Of a stretch of DNA of 64,000 bases, positions 56,311-64,000 are shown in pieces (position 1 is the stretch's first letter; each line of letters starts with the position of its first letter). The notes under the pieces are model-generated. The model ran no database searches and was not told where the DNA came from. It worked only from the letters and a program-made list of their open reading frames with translations. Source of the DNA: Guillardia theta CCMP2712 (taxonomy: Eukaryota; Protista; Cryptophyta); contig NW_005434624.1 of NCBI RefSeq assembly GCF_000315625.1, positions 121,677-185,676 on the forward strand, written 5' to 3'. A program made the translations under genes and the position numbers.

Positions 56311-57599
56311 AGGCATACAACAAATATACTAAAAGTACTAAACATAAAACAAATATACTAAAAGTGTATGCAAAGCAATTAAATTTGATAATTGTTTCAT
56401 TCTAAAACAATTATGCTGACGGAGGCCACACACAGGGGCCGCTTTAACTCTGGTACAAAAACTCCAAAAGCCTCTTTTCCAAAAACGATCTCCAACTCAA
56501 AAATAGTTGTTGGAAGTGGTTTTGTATGTTAAAACCCCGAGTCCTCATCCAGCCATCCATCAACCAGGGCACACATCCTTCTGTCAATCTTCGTGCTATG
56601 AGGATTGTGTGGTAGCCCTGACCCTTTCGCTCCGACCCCACAAAACATGCCTAAAACTACTGAGGGACTCACTTAGTTGAAACGATCATAAATCTCATCT
56701 ATTCATGAAAAAGGTTGATCTTTTCTTTTTATGTATTTTATAATCTGTACGTGTTGGTTGATGTATTTGTACGGCAACTACTTTGTAGCAGAATTTTAGA
56801 AAGTTTTGAAAACCCCGAGATCGTATGAGATCGCTGGGATAAAAGAGGACCCACCCTTTGAAATAATAGGTGTCACTGATACCGGTACTAGATAGAAATA
56901 TTCGCTCTAAAGACCACCGGTGCAGGCCTCATCGAGGGATGAATTGTAGGGGTAGTCACGCTTTTCTCAGTTTTGGGGGAGCGCATCTCAGAACGAAAGG
57001 GCGGTAGACTGACCGGGTGGGGTACGGAAATTGGTGGGTACTCCCTCAAAAGGGTAGAAGATGACATCCTGTAGTGTGAGATTGATTGATATCTCACTTA
57101 GAAGAAAAGGGGCCTTTGTAAAAGAGGATTTGACCTATCTCAAAAAGAAGGGTAGGGTATCAAAAGATAGTCAGTGGGGTGGGTCTGAAATCGCGTAGAG
57201 CAGGTGATCGTAGGCACAAGGAGGTTGAGGAGAGGAGAGGCGAGGCGAGGCGGCGAGGAGGAGAACATTGAAGCGCTGGAGGGAACAGAGGAAGAGACAG
57301 GGGAAGTCAGAGTGCTGAGAAGCGAAGGAATCCTGGTGAAAGCAGCGCAACACCCCAGCGTCAAAAGATTTGAGTTGCAAAGGGCTTGTCTTTCAAGACT
57401 TCTTGACTCAGGAAGACGCAGTTGCTGCTGCGTCTTTGACATGAAATTGCCAAAATCAAAACACGACAGATAATATATACATCTCAAACAGATCACAACG
57501 TCATCCTGTATTCCACCTCGTGTACGCAGGATAGTTCGATTCGTCACTAAGTATACAGGAATCAGCGTATCCTGCTTTTTGAAGCCAATCACTAGCTCG

Positions 57600-59380
57600 A
57601 TGCAATCACAGGTTTCAGGTCAAAAGACTGCAATTCAGCAGCAAATTGAAAAATTGGCATCCTTGATGTGCTCAGAGGATCCGGATCAAGCTGCGGAAGC
57701 TGCGAAGCGCCTTCGAACCCTCTCAATGGAATACAGGTGACTCAACTTATTCGTTTAGATCTTGTTCAACCCTGATTGATCTTCTTGCAGAGAGGACGAT
57801 GAAATACGTTTCTTACTCGGGAGCAGTTATCCTCTCCGCCAAGGTATACGCTACTTGCTTGTAAATGGATCAGACATGTCACGGTATTGGTGTTGCCATT
57901 GCATAGTTTCACTGTCACATAAGCATTCGAGAAACCAAACAGCCATTGCAAACCATCCTGGATTGATGGAGGCCATCCTCGGTGTTTTACAACAAGGTAC
58001 TGCTGTAAGTAGGGGAGCCGCCTGTTCGGCTTTGGTGGAATCGACTTTCCGAAACGCAGACAATGCGTTGTTGGTGGCTAAGACTCCGGGAATGATGCAA
58101 GGAGTTGTTTCTGTGATGCAAAGCAGCGTCGGCGATGTCAAAGATGATGCAGCTGGAGTTTTGCGTAATTGCTCAAACTATTCAAAAGTTGCTGCTGAGG
58201 TGATTGTGAAGACTCCCGGGGTGTTGGATGCTCTGATCGAAATGGGGAAAGGACAGTTTAATTCAGACAGGTTCACTGCCATGGGAACCATTCAAAATTT
58301 GAGCAGATGTGAAAGTGTTGCTCCTCTTCTGTGCAAATCGCGCGTGATCCATGATGCCTTGCTGCCGTGTTTGCATGCCAACGGCATGGGCGAGGAGCAC
58401 GATGTCATGCGGGCTGAAGCGTTGATGGCAATCACAAACTTGTCGTCAGAAGAGGAATTAAGGAACCTTGAAGTTGAAGGCACTATCGTTGCTGTGATTG
58501 TTCAGATGCTGCGGTGCGCTCTCAAGAATCAGGCATGGCGAGATGTAGCTTGGTATGACTCGGATGAGTGTTTACGACCATTAGCACTCTTGACAACCAA
58601 CAGAAAAAATTGTGAGACTCTGCAATCAGTTGGCATTATCCCTACACTCAAGGATCTTTTGTTTCGATGGATAGAATCTGAATCATGCAGACTTCTACCA
58701 CAAGTTAGAGAGGAGACAGAGACCCAAATTTTTACGAGAAACATACGGAGCAAGATTGGGCTGCTAGCTGGAAAGTCCGTCAATCAGGTAATTGAATTTG
58801 CATTTGCATATCGAATGCCCGATCTTATCAAATGTAGGTAAGCGAGGCTAAAGACGAGTCGGGGGTTGATGCGGATCGCTTCAGGCAGACTTTGTCTCAA
58901 TGGGAATTTGCAGAGCTATGTAATTTTGACCTTGGAGGTGGCAGCCAGTCTGTAGTACCGAGGGAGGTCGACCTCGCTGTGCTTGCTCTCGTGAATCTTG
59001 CTCGTCAAGAACCGTGCCTCAAGGAAATGGTGGACTTGGACGTCGTCCCTTTACTGCGGAGCGTCGCTATTGCCTCCAGGAATGGCACTGTCGTTGGGAG
59101 GCAGTTCTGTACAGCAGAGCTGTGGGTGATGGAGAAGAGGCATCTGGCTGTCTCCATGGGACAACATCTGCGATTGGGTTCTAATCCGCATTGCTTGCTC
59201 ATGGCTATCGATGCACCAGTGCTCTGGATGATCATTCAGAACTCATGTACTGTTAGCGCTGTTGCTGACTGCCTCGCCGAAGCTCTGGACATCAGTCAGC
59301 GGCAGGGTCAACGCGGAGAGAGGAGATCTCTTCTAAACGCAGCTGCTTGTTCGTTCTGTACTCCGAGTATCAGCGGATAG
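57600..59380 (+). CDS. Armadillo-repeat protein (multi-exon)
   Basis: Repeats such as NQTAIANHPGLMEAILGVL, AAGVLRNCS, AMGTIQNLS, ALMAITNLS, AVLALVNLA. Confidence 0.8.
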
Positions 59381-60644
59381 CTGAGTGTTTAACCGGTCTG
59401 CTGACTGTAGAGTCTAATCGTGGGACTCTACAGGGGCGACTGGTGGATGCTCAGTTTATTCATCACATTCCTTGTAGATTGTTGTTATATTGTACGGTAC
59501 CTTGAACTACTTAAATTCTTTCTCACTCAACAAATTGAAGTAGTCTCTTGGATGCTGACTAGTGACTGGTCGCACTCGGCTATCAGCCTAGCGGCTGCCA
59601 TGGCCACCGTTGAAGTCAGGCAGCGTCAGTGGGCCGCGGCCGGGGATGACGGGCCGCCCGGTGGGATTGAGAAGGTTGTAACGGCTGCCCACTGCGTAAC
59701 GTTCAATCAGACTCATGGCGGATGTAGCGGTGGCTGGCCGTCTTGACCCATGGCGGTCAACAGCGCCGGCGCGATGAGGCGAAGAACCATGGAAGGATCC
59801 GAAACGAACATGAGATGACAGACATGCATGAGATGCTATAGGATCATATCGCTCCTCCTCTCCCTGCCCCTCTCGTGCTATTGCTACCTAACTTGCAGTC
59901 CTTCAGTGGAACCGTAGATGTAGTCCGTCGCCCGTTGTCTTACCCCCGCGTTATGATAGCGTCCAACTGCAGAGCTTGCTCTTCTAACTACAGCTCGCTT
60001 GTACTCCCTGCGATCCTAGTAGTCCTCAAAATGATCCATGACGTCATTTTTATGTCAACGATCACTTGTGTCTTCCATATTTACATTATGCCTGGCATAT
60101 CGAGATGTTAGTGCCAACTGTTCTTCATCATTCTTGACATCTTCTTCCTGACGTGTTGTGCATTACTGCCTTTACTCTTGCTTTGAGATGTGAGCGCCGC
60201 CGGGCGGTTTGGATGCTGAGTGGTTCTGTTCGAGTGAGGGTGGAGGTTGCAATGGGACGATGAACCGTTTCATCTCCCTGTGGCATATCTAATAGCATCA
60301 CTGACATATTTTGCTCCTCCCATCCTTGATCGTATCATTTATACATTGACTGTTTCATTTCCCACCCAAAACTCGCTGCAACTGCGCATGTTTCATATCA
60401 TCACCCATTTTCTCAGGCATGTTTCCCAACCTTTTGCCGTTTTTCACAAACACAGTATGCACTGGAGTGGACTCGTTCTTACTTGCTCGCTCTCTGCAGA
60501 CATCTTTGGAGCATAACGAGTTTGTCCCATGGCGGCATCACCATCGGCTGTGAAGCAGGTCGATACTTGCTGGTTGCTCCGATTGTTCTTACCCGCCCTC
60601 AGCACGTTCCGCTTCCTGCTAACAGCGTTGGTCTTCACAGTCCC

Positions 60645-61589
60645 ATGGACAAGGCGGTGAGCCTCAGTCTTATCCTCCCCTCCTCACTCTTACCATCACG
60701 AAGCTCTTCCAAAAGTACATCTACGCCACTAGCTGGAAGGAGCCGATCGCGGACAAGTGAGTCGCTGTTGTGGTGAGTTTGATCCCCTGAGGCCTCAGTG
60801 GTACTGCAGGCAGTGGAAGAAACTGGCAACGATCAAGCCCGGAGACAAGGTGAGGGACAGGGAGAGGGGAGAGCCGAAGTGATGGGGAGAGGAGGGAGGC
60901 GCAGTGATGACACGTCGTTCAGATTATCAACACGCTCTTTATTGTTTTGGAGAAAGGTGCGAGTCTGCGCTCCGAGCCAGTTGCAACTGCTGACATACTC
61001 TGTTGTTGTTGTCAGTTAAGACAACAGGAACCAAGGAGGGCAACACGGTTCACCATATCGTGGTAGCCATCACCTGCATCGAAGCTCGTCAAGTGGCTGC
61101 TTGACAAGCTTGCAGATCGCGGACAACACGGCGAAGATGAATGCTTCGCTCTTCGACGCCTACGGTGACGGCAAGCTCGTTGCGTCTTCTCGTGTAATTT
61201 GACCTCAGGCGAGCTTGTCCAACCTGGCGATATCATCAGATTGACGGGAGGGTAAAAGGCGAGGGAACAAGAATCCCAGATAACCCACTCGCTCCAGGTT
61301 CTGCTCGGCATATCAGCACGTTAGTACGCTCTATGCGGGAAAGCTTGGGAAGATTGAGAGGCTGGGCGAGTAAGATTCTCTCTCCCTCCCCCGCACTCTC
61401 TTTCGCCCTCCCTGCTCCCTGCTCCCTGCTCCCCCCTCCTGCATCCTCCCCCCTCCCCCAGTCCCCCCTCCCTCCTCTTCATGGTTGTGAGTTTGTTGCA
61501 GGTTCTGCTTTCCCTTCACCGACAAACAAGACGGCAGCGACAACATCAGCAAGATGCAATGGCAGTCAATTGGCAACGATCAGTGGTGA
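60645..61589 (+). CDS. NABP: SOSS complex subunit B / NABP (hSSB1-like) OB-fold ssDNA-binding protein; tiny exons missed by the ORF track
   Basis: Spliced: KLATIKPGDK|IINTLFIVLEK|VKTTGTKEGNTVHHIV|IADNTAKMNASLFDAYG|ELVQPGDIIRLTGG|FCSAYQHVSTLYAGKLGKIERLGE|FCFPF, collinear with the SOSS-B pattern IKPGLKNLNLIFIVLE..VADKTGSIN..IQPGDIIRLTKGY..LTLYTGRGG.LQKIGEFC. Confidence 0.85.
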
Positions 61590-62085
61590 TGCGATGTTGC
61601 GAGATGTGTTGCGCATGCCATCATTGCAACTTTTGCTGTCCTGTATAGAATGATGATGACAAAAGCGATGACGATGTTGTTCTTGTGATTGATGATGAGG
61701 AGGAGGAGGAGGTTAAAGTCCTGGTGTTGTTTGTTCATGCAAGTAGTGATGGAAATCGATTGGATTGTGATGTTCATTTTGCGAGTTTTCGTTTTTGCTG
61801 TTGACAGCATCCCCTAATCCTGACATGCTCAGGATCCCCAAACCTCCCGGCAGCTCTCAATCCCCTGTACCTTGAAGACCCCCACACTCCCGGCCTTGTA
61901 TTCTAACTTCATCACAAGCTAGCATTGTGCCCGAAAATGCATCAACGCCAAGTTGAATGAATCCTGCTGACTTCACATGTGAACACGTCGGGTGTACGGA
62001 GGGGAGGGTTCATAGGAGGCATCTTTGAGATGTTATTTCAACGCATCTTGTCTTCAACAACACATTTCAACTTGATCCCGCATGC

Positions 62086-63874
62086 TCAGCCGTGCACCGT
62101 TGACGAGCTTCTCGTGAGTCCTTCCCATCCTATTCTCAGCAGATACGAAGGCATCCAGGCGCCCATCTGAATGCTGGCGATCAACTTCGTCACGAAGTCT
62201 TTGGCTGATTCCATGCAGTCCATCGGCAAGGAGAACAGCTGCATCATCAACATCAGACGGCAACTCGAGCACGAGACCATCGGCTTCACCTGGGTGCGGT
62301 CGTACCCCGGGGTCATCGCCCCCCCTGCCAACAACTTCAGCTCAACTGGAGAGGGAGGGCAGCCAGTACATTTGATGTTCCTTTCAATCTTGTACAGCAG
62401 CTTGCGTAGCAGGTCGGGTTTGTTCTGCCTAGTCGCCTGTATCACATCGTCTGCCATCTTTTCCAACACTGCCCTGCTGAGATTCCTGGAGAAGAACGTC
62501 TGCAAGGAGCCAACTGTCAGGGATGACACAAGGGATGAAAGGCCGTGGCCCGAGACCTTCTTCAGTCCGTACACAAGAAACTGGGTGAGCAAGATTATGT
62601 CTCTCTCAGTAGAGTCTCTTCCCTTGCACCCCTTCTGGTCGTCCTCAAAGATCCTGCACCGCTCCAGTATGAAGTTGACATCTATCGCGCCCTGCTGAGA
62701 CAAATGTTGTCCATAGTGAGCATGATCAGCAGAGGCAGCAGCGGGGGAGCTTGTTTGACCCCTGTTCCAACTCTCATCTTCACCCACATCCCTAGACGCG
62801 TTCAGCTTCATTTCATCCTCGAGCTCTACTTTGATAGAGCTTCCCTTGGCAAGGCCCGCCTCCTGCTCCGACCTCTTTCTCTTCTTGCTCGAGGCGGTGC
62901 CGTGCTTGCCAGGCATCGCTGTCGGTGTGGAGCATTTGGGGTCGCCCTCCTCCATCTCATCCTCTTCTGGGAAGAAAGTCACGGTGATATCCTGAGCAGC
63001 ATCCAAGTCAGCCCAACGACCAAGACTAGCTGCCCGAGCTACCTCATCGGCTGCCCGACTTCGATCGAGCTTCTTGGCGCTGGAGTACCCTTCAGATCTC
63101 CCAGGCTCTGTTGGTCTGATAGAGGCTCTAGAGACACTCTTGGAAGACTCGCGTTTCTTGGAAGATGATGATGGCAGAGAGTTTCTAGCCAACTCTTCCG
63201 CCTCCGGCACCTCCGGGAAGAGCCGTTTCCTCGAGGCGGACTTGGACGCTGCCTTAGCAGAGCCTCGATGGTGCTCGTCACCATCCTCCTTGGTTTTGAT
63301 CGGAAGGAGTTTTCCATCTCGGTATTCGCACTTGAATGCCGCAAGGGCATCGCTGAGTGCCATGTTCATGGATTCAATCACTATGCCATCTAGTTGCGAT
63401 GTCTGTCTGTTCGCATCAGGTCAGGAATGATCGATACCATCACTGAAGACAACCTCTTCGACCAATCCTCGATACTTTGGCAAACGTTGTTACACTCTAC
63501 CTGAAGCGACAGACTGCCGTCCTGAAACAGCTTCTCGTCATGGAGGAGCATGATCAGGTCGAAAGCAGGTGGGTACCTTCGATCTCGATAGATGCAGAAA
63601 TCCCCTTGTCGCCTACAAACATTATCAGCTTTCATCTAGGAGGTCTCTGACTTACCTCTCCGTCACGACCGCTGAATGTCACGGGCTTGCCCGCTAGTTT
63701 CTTTTCCATCTTCATCCATCGCTGCGAGGTGGGAGGGAGCGATCGCTCCCCGTTCTCACGGATCACGTCATGATAGGCCTTCGAATACGAACCCTCGTTG
63801 GTCTGGCGTTGGGTTTCAGCGTTGGAGGTAGCGGCTCCAACCCCATTCCCGCCTCCTTGGATGCTCCCTGCCAT
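62086..63874 (-). CDS. Hypothetical protein (about 3+ exons, probable NLS KKRKR); 3' end uncertain
   Basis: 431-aa ORF preceded by two coding-like exons with GT-AG boundaries; no recognised domain. Confidence 0.55.
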
Positions 63875-64000
63875 TCCGTTGAGCTGCTGTGCCGATCCCA
63901 GGGAAGGAGACAGCTGGTCGACGGGTCTAGCAACGGCTCGAAACGTACGAGCACTGGCCCTCCAAGATGAGAAGAAGATGTGATTCAACGTCGGCGGCCA

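Noticed and set aside
1-64000. tRNA/rRNA/snRNA genes
   Set aside because: No cloverleaf or rRNA signature recognised by eye; a tRNAscan/Infernal run would be needed to exclude them.

Overview
Eukaryotic nuclear DNA, most likely from a cryptophyte alga (Guillardia/Hanusia-like). This is inferred from the dense ~45-60 nt spliceosomal introns, a bipartite plastid presequence with an 'AFAP' cleavage motif, and an RWP-RK expansion. There is one 100-N assembly gap. Recognisable genes: an IP3/ryanodine-receptor-like channel (5' part), RAD51, a bacterial-type M23 peptidase with introns, a highly expressed plastid membrane protein, a large secreted protein ending in LysM domains, a METTL21-like methyltransferase, an ATM1/HMT1-type ABCB half-transporter with His/Cys-rich ends, an SLC13/SLT-type transporter, a Glu/Leu/Phe/Val dehydrogenase, a bacterial-like PLP enzyme, an ARM-repeat protein and a SOSS-B/NABP OB-fold protein. 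The most striking region is 26.8-38.1 kb, which holds eight intronless RWP-RK transcription-factor genes arranged as (A- B+ C-) x2 plus an inverted A-/A+ pair. Within the A and B types the DNA-binding heads are (near-)identical at nucleotide level. The A-type tails have diverged, but nearly all tails keep a W-x-x-W acidic motif, and one copy has TGA exactly at the conserved Trp. The divergent promoters share TCACGTTA. Elsewhere, strand-polarised GGGGTA-rich fields sit upstream of most genes, and CCGG/GGCC-rich islands lie in intergenic DNA. Exon boundaries and mismatch counts were read by eye and are approximate.
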